A stretch of DNA of 64,000 nucleotides from assembly GCA_002633005.1 (NCBI GenBank), contig NMRA01000043.1:664675-728674 (forward strand). The letters run 5' to 3'. This document shows positions 36,325 to 51,300 of the stretch, piece after piece. The notes beneath the pieces were generated by a model. The model did no database searches, was not told where the DNA came from, and was given only the letters and a program-made list of their open reading frames with translations. The stretch's first letter is position 1. Each line of letters begins with the position of its first letter. Both the position numbers and the translations under genes were made by a program. The stretch is from Phoronis australis. Lineage: Eukaryota; Animalia; Phoronida.

Positions 36325-39300
36325 CTATACGCTCTGATAGCCCTTGTGACTCCTGCGTCGACCAATCAGGTATGCGATGAGTACAATGACGACGAGGCCA
36401 GCGAGCGCTGCACCGACAGCGATAGGAACAATAGTGCTAGTCTTGTTGTCAGCATTACACTCAATCACTGTAACACAGGCAAAAGAGAGCCTTGGTACAA
36501 CAGTTGCTCTAAAAACTTTCACAATTACTGTTTTGCACATGGAAGAGACCAAGTCAAAATGCACCAATAAATATTTTAACATTTAATTATTTCAATTAGT
36601 GGTCGTTAGATACGCTTCAAGCTAATTTCATTTCAAATTTTGCAAACTAGACATTTTGATGAGATTTTATTCAAAACTGCTATTCAAGTATAGCAAATTT
36701 ACTGAACAGGACTAAGTGCAAGTACATATATTTACAAGAAATAAATTTTCAGTTTCAACATCTCTCACCTGTTGAAGAATACTTCGTGGTGTTATGAGAT
36801 CTGAATGGCTCAATATAAAGGTCAGTGATATCGACCACAACATTGTCCATCTTCAATGTGGAGTTGGCTTTGACACATTTGTACATCTGGTCCTGGTTCA
36901 CACCAAACATATCCAAGCTATTGTTGGCTTTGGTGAAACTGTTACCTGTCAATACACAATCACCAGTAACAATAAATACTGTACAGTAGGCACAACAGAT
37001 TATCAAAGCCTCAAACCCAATCTTATTGAATGCATAGTCATTCACTAAAATTTAAAGGGGCCATGAGTGGTCAGTTTCAGGAGGGAGTGATGGGGTCGTC
37101 ACGGTTCCTGTAAAATCAATGATTTCATAATCACATCATTTCTTTCAAGTTTCACGGATCACAAAGTGTTTCGTTCTTCCAAATGATCATTCTAAATTCT
37201 CCATCCTAGGTGCCACCAATTCTCCAGCCTGGGTGCCAAAAACTTGGCGTGCAGTCACCACCAATACTCCCTCCGTCTCCACAAAGACCCCCCCCCCATT
37301 CAAATTACATTCATGCACCTTAATTCCAATTAATTTCACAGTGCATGTCAGTCTGGAAATGCAGAATAACGCAAGTTCACAGATTTGGACAGGGTCCCAA
37401 AAAATCCCTTCACTCCCCATTTGAGCTTGTAAGTTTAGAGTTTGAGAGACAACCAACACTGAAAAGATTAGCCATTTCTGATTTTCTAAAGTGTACTTTG
37501 ACTTGTAAATGCACTGGGTGTACTCCATGGCATATAGGAAATCAAGTCCTTCCGGTAAATATTGAGAGCAGCAACAGGGAAAATAACCCAGTTAAGATTT
37601 AGTTTGTTTTTGCACAGCCTGACAGGAGGAGCTGCTTACCTATCTGCTGCAATGGAGCGTCCACAAACAGGTCATTATAGGAGTACACGAGTGTAGCATT
37701 AGTCAGGGCGAATTTGTCTGCCTTGTCTTTGCTAAACTTCATTTCAAACTTCCAGTCCTTGAAGAAACTGACGTCCAACACTTGTGTCTTGTTGCCACAA
37801 ACACCACCTCGATTGACACCAGTGGTCGGTAGGTCTACAGTTAGGTTGACCTTCTGAAATGATCAAAAACTAAAACTGATGACAAGTTTGAACTTTGGTG
37901 TTGACTGTCAGGCAGTGACATGGCACAATTACTACATGCTGGTGAACAACTTTCTCAATCTATTCAGATACCAGGAGTACTCATCTAGTCTTCCATTCTT
38001 AGAGCAAATGGTTCTGACAGCTTTTAACAAAATATAAAATTGTAACTGGTCCTAAGGGATGTGAATAAAATCCAGTTTCACAAACATTAACAGTGGCTAT
38101 GAGTGATCAGAAACATCAACTAACAGACACGCTAAGATGGCACAAACTGAACACGGAAAAGTCAGGTTTCAAAGACTGAAAACGTGCCACAAAATTTAAC
38201 CATTTCCTTATTTGGACAAATAGTGCTCATCTCCTGCTGGTTAAAACAGAGTGAAAAAATATTACAGTCAAAAGCAGTGTTTCTACAAAAGTCTTTTCCA
38301 TGTCACAAAATTAACCCAAGTCACATTTAATGTTCCTGACCAATGCAGCAGAGACCATTGATAATGACTGGTGACCAACTGGCAGCTTTGTTATAACTAT
38401 TGCATCATTGCCACCACATGATCATTTTGGGCTTGAAAGGGATTACTATCAATATGGTGGCTTGAAATTTTGTGGACACACAATATAACTTTTGAAATTG
38501 ATATGCAAGGTCATTGAAAGTGAACCCTACTCGTGGTAATACATCTGTGTCAGTTGGACTGTGTAAGTAAACACAGCTTAAGAAAGAGATAATGGTACTG
38601 AGAAGATAATTGTTTTTGTTACCCCTATGAATTCTGAATAGCCCAGCCTGTAATGATCACTCACCTTATCAACATTGTTCTTGTAGAGAATGTGGAAGCG
38701 TACAGCCATCTGCGCCAATATGCAAACCTTACCATTGCCATGTACTGTGTAGTTGGCAGCCGAGGGAGCTGAGGGCAGCTTCTTGTCCTGCGCGCATTCT
38801 TCAGTCTCTGTGAACACAGCATATACAGCAATCAACTATAACACTTGCACTTTGTGTATCCACCACTCAAATAAGTACCATTCTTAGACAGACAGAGAGA
38901 CAGGCTTATTTGGCAAGGTTCTCCCTTCTGGCAGCACCATCATTAAGTCTGTTCAGGTATAAATGTATCCGTAACTAGACAGACAGCTAATGACACAGTT
39001 TAGAGCTTATCAAGAATCTATTATTATTCTTTTGATGCATTGTAAGGGTGTCTTTTAACTGTCTCTATTTCCCCTCAGCCCGTCCTACCCTTCCAGATGA
39101 GTACATATAGGTAAACCAGTTAAACTAGTCTATTTAATGCATTCAAATGTTGCACAAGGAACACCATCAGAAATGTTGCTGGCTTTTACAATCATGAAAA
39201 CAATTATCAGCTTACCGATAAAGGACTTTGAGTTAAGCACTTAATATATGGTCAGTCACACGGAGGAAAACAAACTTTTAAATTATAATTTAACCTTAAA

Positions 39301-42300
39301 GACAGTCTCCAGTGGCTAAAATACCTTTTTGCAAGTATTGTTCATAAAAATATTTTTTTGCTTCTTACATAGCACAGAAACTAATTTATTGCGATGCAAA
39401 TTACACCGCTCATAATTCGTAGCCCCTTCGAGCGCCCCAAAAAATCTTAACCAATCAGCGTAAAGTGGTTCGTATGACATCATCGTGGCCACGAAATTAT
39501 TCAGAAGCCACACTGTAACAGCTGAGTGTCATTTCTTGGACGTTCTGTACTTGTCGATCTCTGGGCTAAAATGCCGCGTTGCATGGTGTACGGGTGTAGC
39601 AATGTCAGCAGCAATGGCAAACATTTGCACAACTTCACCACCGATCCCGTCGTTTGCTGTGCGTGGAATAGATTCGTATCCACGACAAAGGACTAGCTAC
39701 AAAATTCCCAATGAGCAATATCTGTTCTAGACTATGTTCAAAGCTGTATACAAAATCTACAGCTTTGTGATGATGTGGGTAACAATGACTAAATAAAATC
39801 CGACTCTGAGAAGTGTCATTAAAAGCTGCACCGCTCTTCTTTGGGCAAACCAAATTATTTACCGGTGTTGGAAAAATTGGCATTCTTCCGCTCATCTACT
39901 GCAAAAATTGAAGTGTGCTCTTGTGAGTTGGCTTTTAGCAATTACGTCACCTGACCCGAACAGTTTCTTTTCCCCCGATAATTCTTCTATCAACTGTTCT
40001 TCACTGCCACTAGGTTACGTAAATGTCACAACAAATAATTGCAACTCGTTTCATTTCGTTACAAGTTTTTAGTATTTTTAAGACCAGCAAACCAAATTTT
40101 AGAACAAACTTTGCTGTCATGTGCCAAGTTATGTTGCAAAATTTAAGAACGGTACGTGCGCGTGTCACGAGCGTACTGTTTTCAAAACAACAACAGACTT
40201 TCTTTGTTACAAAATCTCGAAAGGCGGAGAATTGTGCAATAAAATGACATTTATTAGATTGTTTTTCACTTAAATGACTGGCAACAGGCAAGGTGTCGGA
40301 ATTGTCTCCCAGATTTTGTATGCACCCCGTCGGTCGTTGACTCTGCAATATAAGTTTCACGACGAGGTGACTAACAAATTTCATGCTAAACATTTCGTGG
40401 TCTAACGGAGCTCAATTCGTAGTGATGCCTAACTGTATTTTGAAGGTAAACAGCTAGCTGGCTGGCTACATGTAAGATCTGCAGTGCGCACATCGACGTT
40501 TCGTGTTACTGTTTGGGCACAGCGTATAGGGAATCCGGCCCAAATCGAAGTATTTTGATTTGGGTCGTTCCCGTAGGCCTAACGGAATTCTGATACTATT
40601 TCATAGTTTTAATTTATTACAGATACTCACAACGTTGTGTTGCTATCGAGTCAAAATGGCAGCAAATACGGATTGCGGGATTTCAAGGCAAACTATTTTG
40701 AAAATTGAGTTTCTAATATTTAATTTTCAAAGAATTTGAATATAATTGCTTTGTACAAAAAATCAAGCTGATATCTGTTGTAACGTTTCCACGTATTTTG
40801 CACTAAAATTAAACGACCTAATGTCGCCGATTCCAATACGGGACACACACTCGACAGCGACCCATATCGGAATCATGCAGCATTGACACCATCGGCTCCA
40901 AGATGACATGAATGCAAAATTCCTAACATCAAAGTTTTTGTATCAAGCAAACTACACTTTATAATAAACATTGTGAAATTGCCTGATAACATTTTGGTTG
41001 AAGTGTTTTGTTTTTCCAGCTGTTTCAGTGACCCCAGCCACCCTCCCGGAGATTCCTATATAGGTCTGTATTAGAATGTGTGCTAATTAATTGAATAAGA
41101 AATTCTAAAGGTAATGATTTTGACCAATTTGAAGATTAATTGACATCAATTGAACAATTAACGTGTTTCCTTCATTTCCCACGTATTTTGCTCTAAATTA
41201 AAGTGTCAGTCGTCGCTCATTCCAATACAATGGTGACACGGTGAAAGCCAAATTTGTTGTAACAATAATGCCATAGGCTTCGATTAGTGCAAGCACCACC
41301 TCAAGTTTTTTATGGCGCCAAATGAAGTTCGTGATGGGCTACTGTATTGTCAAAGGCCTACTTCATTAATGACTGGAGTATGCTATGACAGAGTCTTTAC
41401 GTTTTTCATCTATTAATGTATTTTAGATGTAAAAATAGTCATTTTGACACCATATTAGGCCTTTAATGAAAGACAACATTTGCTCAACACACGATCTGGT
41501 CGCTAGTAAGCACAGCAATATGGAGAAGCTTTTCAGTGCCTCATTTCGTAAACTCTAGCTAATAAAATGGGGCAAGGCGAGGCCCCTGTACCTGCACCAT
41601 AGCAAGGATGTTTTCAGGTTTCAGGTATTTTACAGACCTTTTACCCAATGACAAGCAAAATGGATTTTCACCCAACATCTATTGAGGCCAATGTGCGAGC
41701 TTGTTTCTGCATAAGTCTGCCTAATGCAGACTCTAAGGCAAAGAAGCCTGTTACTGCATATTTGTGTCACCAAATTACCCACCCCAGATGTCACCACTGT
41801 TTCTAGAGGAAAACCCCTTCAATAGTAATACAGTACATGAAGTAAAAAGACAAAAAAATGTTTCCCTGTCAAGACGTCAAATTCCGTTAACAGCAAAAAT
41901 AACTGGTAACTCTAGTAACAGAATGGTTTAGTCACCGTAGCAACTCTGAATTCATAATAATTACACTCCATTTTGGGTTATGAGGGAAAGCTGTGTAGAT
42001 GAATGAAGTTTCCATCTAGATGACATGACAGAGATTTCCGGGTCATTTCATCAGAACATTTTTGGCGTGTACTGTTAGAAACATCGCCTCATTACACTTA
42101 CCTTTGGAGAAATTTCCATTGACGTTAAACACCTGAATTCTACTATCTACCAGCTGCACCACAGAGGTTTTGGTCAGTCTCTCAGGCAGAGATGCATTGC
42201 AGGTGTAGAACTTCTTGTCGGAAGATAACTTTAGGCCTAGTGTACCACTTTCCTGTTGCATTCCTACAAGACAAACATCCTCTGTCAATAAACAACCTAC

Positions 42301-45300
42301 GCCAGAGAAACAAGGATGATGTCGACGGAGAACAATTATGGTTTACAATACTTGCATGTTTACAAAACAAGAAGAATCTAATTCAGCAAAAAGCACAACC
42401 TAATGTTAAAGTAGACCACTGGCCATTCTTGGTAGTTTCACATGGACCACCCTTGGCAAGGGTATCTGGGAATGAAACAAAAATTCCCATTTAATTATTT
42501 CTGTACAAAATATGCAATCGCCCTAGCAACTGCCTAATCTTTATAACACATACATCTTGATAAGACCGTGTCAAGTGCCCCTGCAATAACCTAAAAGGTT
42601 ACTGTATAGTCACGTGACCAGAAAACTAACCATCGTCACGTTACCAAAAAAGAACTTCCTTCAACTGCTGGAATTGCTCTCAATAAACGGACATTTTTTC
42701 CACTCGGCCTTCACTGTCCCTCCATCCTCAAACCCGCCCGTTCACGACAGCTTGTAAACAAAGCTGGTGAATCTGATTATTGTAAACTGCAGTGGTAACT
42801 ACAGCAGTGTTCTATAGTTATTATTTTGTAAAAATAACAGTAGTAATATCCAATTAAACTCAATTAAAAACTTTTATTCATATGACACATTATCAATAAA
42901 TCAACAGGATTTGTCTGCCTCCAATCCGGGACCGCAGACGAATCCAAGTAGGTCAAATTAGCTATAGCAATGGATATTACGAATGGCAGTCACTACTAAG
43001 TGAATAGGAATAAACTGAAAATTGATGACAATAAATAAAAATCCATACAATACACAAAAACCATGGAAATGGGTGTTGAGAATAAAATCTCAAATATCGT
43101 CTGCTCACCTGCCACTCTATGAAAATGGAAGCTAACTTTGACTTGGGGGTTCAGCTTTGACCACTTCAAATGGGGAAGAGCTGGATTTGGGGACCAAGTT
43201 GACGAATTTGGAAGTCTAACAATTCACACAATCGAAAAAAATGATAATACCAAGAAAAAAATGCAACTGACATCAGGATTTGAAACCTGGTTTTTTAGTG
43301 TTGCTGTATTGGCCAACGAGCAAGATTGAAATTAAAGACTCAGTGAAAAAATGGTGGTTAGATCATTAGTATGTGGCATTAATATGTTAAACTAGTGTTT
43401 TTACATGGCTGTGTTACTAGCTTCGGTTGTTGTGCCATGTTGTTCTGCCATGTCAGTATTTTCACAGTGCATCAACTTTGGCTAATAAGACATCCATATG
43501 AAAACACATATAGTTTAATATACATACATATACATTTTCATATATATGTATGTATCCAGTTTACTACATAGAGACTGCAAAGCATGAACTTTTTGCAGTC
43601 AATGAGACCTTCCGACGCTGAATGTCTGCAAGTTGCAACTACGCACATTTCAAGGGAAAGGTATGTGTAACTTTTGAAAGTGGAAGCTTTCTCTAGTAAG
43701 CAGAAAATTCACGACCTTCTGGTCAGCACCAATTGACTTTACGCCAGAAAATGAATGACAGGTGTGATTGACCAGTCAGAATGCTTCATTTCGGACACTC
43801 ATCCCGACAGCATTTTAAGTCGCCATTTATCCGACAAACATTAGCGTCTGTAGGACAAAAAACATTCAACTACAGTGTGCATTTTAAATGGCCAAAAGGT
43901 GTTGTTGTGGTGTGTGTAATTCAGACAGTCGTTATACTGACAGAGATGAAAGTCCCGTCAATTTTTGGCCTTTTCCAAAGCCTAAAAGTGACGTAATGAG
44001 CAAACGGTGCCGTTAATTAAACTGTGTGTACTCCCGCACGAGCAGCCTAGCCTGTCCACACTCTTTGACCACTCGAAATCTAAAAACAAGTATGTTCTAA
44101 GGTAGGCACTCTTTTTAATATTTCTTCCCAATATCGGAATTTTGGCTCTGGATTACAGTCTTGTTTAGTGTGTGACCAGCCACCTCTGCGATCACTTAGT
44201 GGTTCATTATGACCATACATGACAACTATTTCCATAGCACTGACAAAAACGAGTTAAAATATAGTCAATTAAGAGTCAAAATGCATTGCATGCCTACCTA
44301 CTTACCTATTAGAGGCTTTTACATCAAAACTGACTGTGAGTGTTGTTATAGGCCTATTCGTAACTCCTCACTCTTGGCCCTGTCGAGCAACTTAGGCTCG
44401 TGATATGTTATTATCTCGACAAAGATTGCCAGTAAAAGCCAAAGCGAAGGATTGACAACTTTATTATGAACATCGGAGAAAATGCACATTAATTACCGAA
44501 GATACATAGCATTTTGGCGCTGCACCGTGGCACTACAGAAACGGCACGCACATACTGAGCAATACGGAGTGTCCGTATTGGTTGACATGTACGTAGTATG
44601 TAACTCAGATTATATAAAACAACAGATTGGCAACATTTGGCAGTCGGCAAGTGTGCTTTGTTTAGTCTGTATTCGAAGGTCATAATCACCAACTCAAGTA
44701 ATGACCAGGTTAGGCTGGCGTTGCTTTATCAAAATCACTACCTTTGAAATGTTAATTTGAATGGTTACAGTTACTCCGAATTTCGACTCATTACGTGTGT
44801 CTGTCACGGCGCCGCCTCGACCATCGGTGATCACTAGACACGAAATTCTCGGCTAAACTGTTACAGTTACAGCTCAGTAGGTTTCTTGATCCCCTCAATA
44901 TTTTAGTAAAATGAACGTTTTGCTTCGAGGGAAGAATTTTTATTCATTAAGAATTTTTACACAATTATTTTTAACCGCATTCGTGCAGTTTTCGTCAACG
45001 CTGATGTCAACTCTATGAGGCTCGTCGGATTTGCGTTGACTTCTGAAACATCCGCGAGCGGTTTACACGTCAGGTGCCCTCGATATAAATCCTCACCCCG
45101 TTCCCGTAGGAATCTTTTCTGAAGGCTCTTGCCTTTTGTCTTTGTCATGGCGAGATTCATAGGGAAGATAATGTTCGCCAAAATCTGCGGGAATATTAGT
45201 TAGCACACCATTTTCTGATGTCAGACTTCCGTATCACGTGACATCATAGGCGGAGCGATCTCCTGCTGGCGTAAGGTCAATTCCAGTCCCCAGTCACTGC

Positions 45301-48300
45301 ATCAAGTAGCCAAAACTTGCTTTGTATGGATTTTAAAGCTATTTAGATCAGACCAAGCCACCATTCCTAATAGCTTCACAAGCATTACCTACTAAGGACA
45401 ACCATTAACAATTTCCTTTGCTCAATACTATACAACCATGTCCATTTGCTCAACAACATCATGGCTGCAAAGCACAGCTGTAGAGTTGCAGTCAATTAAA
45501 TGTTCTGATGCCGTGTGTCTGAGCCAGTTAAAATTGATACTAACCCAGAGGGCGTTTTTCATCAACAATGGGGAGCTTTCGGGCTTGGTGAAGGTAATTT
45601 TGTGCGATTTTTAATCTTTTCAGAGGGGGATGAGGTCCATATATGACCCTGACTGACTAGCAATGTCACAATCAGAAGTCATTAGTAATGTTTTCGCAAC
45701 CGGATTTTGTGCATCAAAACAAAAGGTCGACGCTACAATCGTTACCTTTGGTTGTGTTCAGCAGGCGTGTAGAGTCGTACCACAGTGACATAGTGTCAAG
45801 CACTGCGTGGCCATTTGTGCTCTTGAAGGTCATAGTCAGGTTACTGTCTTTGTCAAAGTTCAGCACCAATGTTGCTTCTTGACTTGTGTTCTTTGCACAC
45901 TTCGACATGTCTTTGTTCACGGTAGCATTAACCACCTCGTAGACTTTGCTCTAATGTTGAAAAGAATGACCATTTTGAAGCATATGCAGCGGTACAGATA
46001 AATGGATTTCACCACAACAAATCAGCAGATATGGAACAGTTTCATCAAAAACATGGCTAAAGATGCACAGTAATGAGAACACATTGGGAATCTGTATGAA
46101 CAGACATCATTGAAGAAACAATTTCACGTATGGTGTTTCTTATTCGTGGTAAAAAGTGGCAAATTGATGTGAAGGTAGTCCGCACATATGGTTAGATTAC
46201 AAGCATACAAGCACGCACATTACATACTTTTTTTTCAAAGAGAGTGAACACAATGCCCAAGTCAGCGAGGAGGCAAGCCTTTCCGGTTTCGTCTTTCACC
46301 TCATACATGGCAATAGGCGGGCGGGGCGGAGGAGGCATGGGTGTGGTGGCTGGAGCAGGTGAAGTCGTGACATTTGTAGGCGACGTAACCGTGGTGGGAC
46401 CCTCAGTGGTGACACTTTTATCACCGTCACACTCTACCTTTGCTGTAAGAAATATTGCCATTATCATTATAGTCATCACTATCACAAGCTGCATCACTTT
46501 CCTATTTTACCCTTTTCATTGAAGTCTGGTTTCCTAATTCATTATTACATTCAGACATTATGAAGTCAAAAGAGAGGACACATTCACCAACAGTATCGCA
46601 CACTTATTATGAAGTCAAGAGAAGACACATTCACCAACAGTATCACACACTTATTATGAAGTCAAGAGAAGACACATTCACCAACAGTATCACACACTTA
46701 TTATGAAGTCAAGAGAAGACAGGACACATTCACCAACAGTATCGCACACATATTATGAAGTCAAGAGAAGACACATTCACCAACAGTATCACACACTTAT
46801 TATGAAGTCAAGAGAAGACACATTCACCAACAGTATCACACACTTATTATGAAGTCAAGAGAAGACACATTCACCAACAGTATCGCACACTTATTATGAA
46901 GTCAAGAGAAGACACATTCACCAACAGTGTCGCACACTTATTATGAAGTCAAGAGAAGACACATTCACCAACAGTGTCGCACACTTATGAAGTCAAGAGA
47001 AGACACATTCACCAACAGTATCACACACTTATTATGAAGTCACGAGAAGACACATTCACCAACAGTGTCACACACTTATTATGAAGTCAAGAGAAGACAC
47101 ATTCATCCACGCTATCGCACACTATTAATTTAGTTTTACAATCACAATAATTACAAGGAATTTTTATCATAGTAACATAAGAACACAGTTGCCAGCACAT
47201 GACCTATGTTACGGTTAAATGTTGCGTGACGCTGCTTAATGATGGGTAATACCATGTAATGCTTGCCTCTGTCAGCTACTGTTTGATACTAGAAGGATAG
47301 ACTTGTCCACAAATACCACTGCTACATTACTGGTCACAAAGAGTGACCTACCCAATGTCCACCAAAGTATTCCTTCTGACTCATTGGTGTACACAGACAA
47401 ATACCATCAGTACAGGTTTACTTTCATGCTTTTAAAACAATTGTATCATTGTTATTTTCACTTTTACTTTTAGTGTTGTTGTTCTTGCCCAGAGCTCAAT
47501 TTGACAGCCTGCAGTTTACAAATGCGACCTGTAAAAATCTTTAGACGCAACGAAGTTGCCGAATTTGTGTTAGTATTTACCAAGTCATAAGTCAGACAAA
47601 GAACAATTCAACTGTAATTTGCTTCAACACATGGGGTAACTTCCAAACTTAAAAGTTAATAAAAAACTTTCTTTGGTTCACTATTGTTTTATTTATTTCG
47701 TGAAATCAGTACATTTGCACCCCTCAGTTTACATCCAAGCACACACAACAACAGGAAGTAGATGGTAGTCGGAATTGTTCAGCAAAACCTTACAGGGTCC
47801 GACCATGGCATATGCACAAAGTGTTCTAATCATCCGCTTTGTCCCCAGCTAATAGCTTAATGAGTAATTAGTCGTCACTATGCACACAGTGTAACCTTAA
47901 TTATCCATTCTGACTATAAAGTAGCAGAGGCAGCACCGCTGCCTATGGTGTTTCCTTGTTATGACAAGCTCATTTCTTATTGGTCAACCTGGGAATGTTG
48001 ACAGGTCACATTTGGTAAGTTAAACTCATTACTATTGAACTAACATCACCCTTATCATCATTACCATTTATACAATCATAAATGTTATTACTACAACCAC
48101 TTTGCTTGAGGTACACGCTATTTCTAGTAACTCATTAGTGCTATTCAGTTTTCATCCCTTTTTATCAAATATAATCAACATGTACCATGATCAACATATT
48201 CCATTACCATTACCAACATATTCATAATCAACATGTACCAAGATCAACATGTACCCCGATCAACACACACCATGATGAACATATATTATAAACAACTCAT

Positions 48301-51300
48301 ATTGACAAAATAACGCACCTGTGCTCAGTGTTCCGTTAACCACAAACGGTTCTATTTGAAAGTTCTTCTGCGTAAAGGTCACTTCCTCACTGACGTTGAG
48401 CTGGACTCCCGAAAAACACTTGAAGTACTTGCCTGAACCAGCCAAGGTTACGTTTAACTTAGCCGAGGCAGTCATACTTTTGTCTAAAATATAAATATGT
48501 CAGTTTTGTATTTAGTGCAGATCCCATTATCTTAAAAAATTAAGCATCGATTCAGCGACTCCGTTCCAAGAATCTGACTTGAGTTTAAGTTCACTTTTAA
48601 CTTAAGTCTAAGATTTGGGGAGGCAGTGTGGCCAAGTGTGATAGGTACGCGCTTTCTTTACTCGAGGTCAGGGGTTCGAGTTCCAAATGACCACAGTGCT
48701 AGACCCTTGAGTCAGGTCTTTAAGCTACTCAGCTTGTTTTCAACAATATATTAATAAAGCACATAAAACAGCTCCAAGTGATCAGAGCAATGGGCCCATA
48801 TGCACGGCCTGCATACGTGTACTAAACAGCCTGTAATTACTTTTTTAAGATTTGCCGTTACTTCCAAACTTTGAAACTTACAGTCTGTAAGTTAGTTTTA
48901 CTTAAAACAAAAAATAAATCTGAAACTTTTAATAACGCCTCGCTCCATTTTAATGAATCCGTAAAAGATCACTTTCTTGTAATGAAGACTAATTAAATTT
49001 TATCTTAAAATTGGCTTAAATTTAAGATTTGTCTTAGCTAAGTCAGTTTTCTTGGAATAGACCCCAGATGAAACACAACAAAAACCACTGGGAAACTGCC
49101 CTTTTCTTCATAGCCATACCCGAAATTACTTTATGAGAATGTGTCAATGCACCATTGACGAGATATCAACTTCAAAAATTATTGTTTTTTGAAAGGAAAA
49201 TAGCAAATCACACTTAAGTCATGCTGCATTGTGGTCACAATAAAGTCAAACAAGTGATGTACGTTTCCTTGTAAGTAATGAGTTATTAAGAAAATGCGAA
49301 ACATTGTGTTTGTGGTGGTTGTAGCAACAGCAAATGATCCACTTTGACCAGCATACAAGCTCATGCAGCTTAATGTCTCCCAGCCTCTCTCTGTATAGAT
49401 TACAAAATCACTTGTAAACTTGATCTCTAAACGTAACTGCAGCATTTGATATGGGGAAAAGGTCATTCAAGAATTTTGACAGGGTATCCAAAAATTTAGG
49501 TTAAAACTGGAATTTCAGTTCTAGTTTCCAAAGTTGCCACAAAGGGCACAGTTTTGTGCTCCTGAAATTCCCATGGTGTGAAATGCATCAACGAAGCTGA
49601 AAAATGCTCTTAAAATCAAACTTAACTTACATTGAAATGGCTGAATAATCACTAGTTAGAGGTTAGGTACAATTAGTCAAAATAAAGCTCTACTTGTCTT
49701 CAAGTCACCCACAGTCATAAGAACACAACACATGATTACACCTAATAAACCTTACACGCTTTATTCCCGAAAAAAGGTTATTTGTCCTTGGCATGATTAT
49801 GCAGTCTTGTGCAAATTGTACTAGTAACATATAATCATAACTCTTTGTAAGTTTTTAATACGCTGGCCATAACTAGAGATTCACCTGCAACATTTTGCAC
49901 TATGACACTATGCAGATCCCGTTTGCCAGGTCAAAAATTGTTTGGAAGGCAGGTCAACAATTTGATCCGTGATTGAAACACGTTCAGTTTTCCAGGACAA
50001 AATTGCAAAATCCAGGACCAACTTCTTTGCTCAGAGACAACCGTGTTGCTCCAGTTACGTAGAGTCAACTGCTTTCCCACAAACAGTTCAACGTTTATGA
50101 AATGTGAGGCACTGTTGCCAACACCATCACCTCAAATGTATTTTTCTGAAAAAAAGTTGCTCAAGTTGCCTGAGCACGTTACCCTGCACATCACTGATAA
50201 GCTGTAAGACTGTGTTAGTGGGCAATAAGTGAAATGGTTATGTTCCTGGGGTACATACAGCATTGAGGCTTAGGCAAAATACTGTGGTTTTTGATTAAAG
50301 CTATTTTATGCTCTACAAATTCATAGTAGTACCTACAGAATCTACACAGACAATGTATACTTGAAAGAAACTTATTTCATTCTGGACGAAACATACCTGG
50401 GGTGGCCACATTTGGGAATGTTGTGTTGTCAAGAACATACTCAAGAGACAGAGAAGTAAGGCTGGCCATATTTTTATTCAGAGTAAAGACCCAATTGGCT
50501 GTCCATTGTTGCTTGTTGATCTTGAAGTAAGCATTTAGAAGAGCGCCTGCGGTTGAGATACCACAGGTACCATTCACAACAGCTTCTGTAGCATTAGACA
50601 AGTCCACTGACACATTTGCCTGAAATTTACAAGAAGGTATTAACAATACAATACCATAACTAAAAAAACTTGTGAATATTGAGGGAGGCGGAAACAATAA
50701 AACTGACACAAGGGTCCATAGCAGTAGTTGGAGTAAAGAATCAATGTCAGCCCTGCTTGTCATTATGAAGATACCATTACATGGAAGATATTACGGCAGG
50801 CACAGAAAAAATGATAAAGAGGCAGACGCCAGAAAAGCACCAAAATACTAACACTTCCCCTACGGAGTGGAGCAGTAGTGGGCTCAACCTGGAAAGTAAT
50901 GTGTAGCATAATCTCCTTGATAGGAACCTGTCAATTTTTCATAAAGATTCAGACCTGGTAGATGTGGAGAAAATGCCAGACAGAGATGACTGCAATATGC
51001 TCCCACTTTTATTTTAGAAGTCAAATGTGGGTGCATAACATGACAACATACATGTTGCGAAGAATCCGATATCAAAAATCAGCAGTGACTTTTATGTACC
51101 AAAACACATAATCTATAAAGGACAGCAGATCACTTGAATTCAATAAAAAGTTTGCTTTATATTCAAACAGTTTATCTAGTATGGGCCACACCTTAGAATG
51201 ATGACAAAATATAACTGTTCTGTTAAACTAACAGATTCCAGTTTTGAAGACAAAAGTATTAATGCCTGACTGACGTAATTTCAAGTAAAACAATTTGTCA

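Noticed and set aside
45232-45243. CLEAR element marking an internal LAMP promoter
   Set aside because: TCACGTGAC is present, but similar E-boxes occur in several repeats (12787, 32188, 42610) and no signal-peptide exon follows.
46557-47123. CRISPR-like array
   Set aside because: Units are head-to-tail with no unique spacers, there are no cas genes, and it lies in a eukaryotic intron. It is a minisatellite.
48618-48690. tRNA gene
   Set aside because: A/B boxes are present but there is no complete cloverleaf. It has a body, tail and TSD, so it is a SINE.
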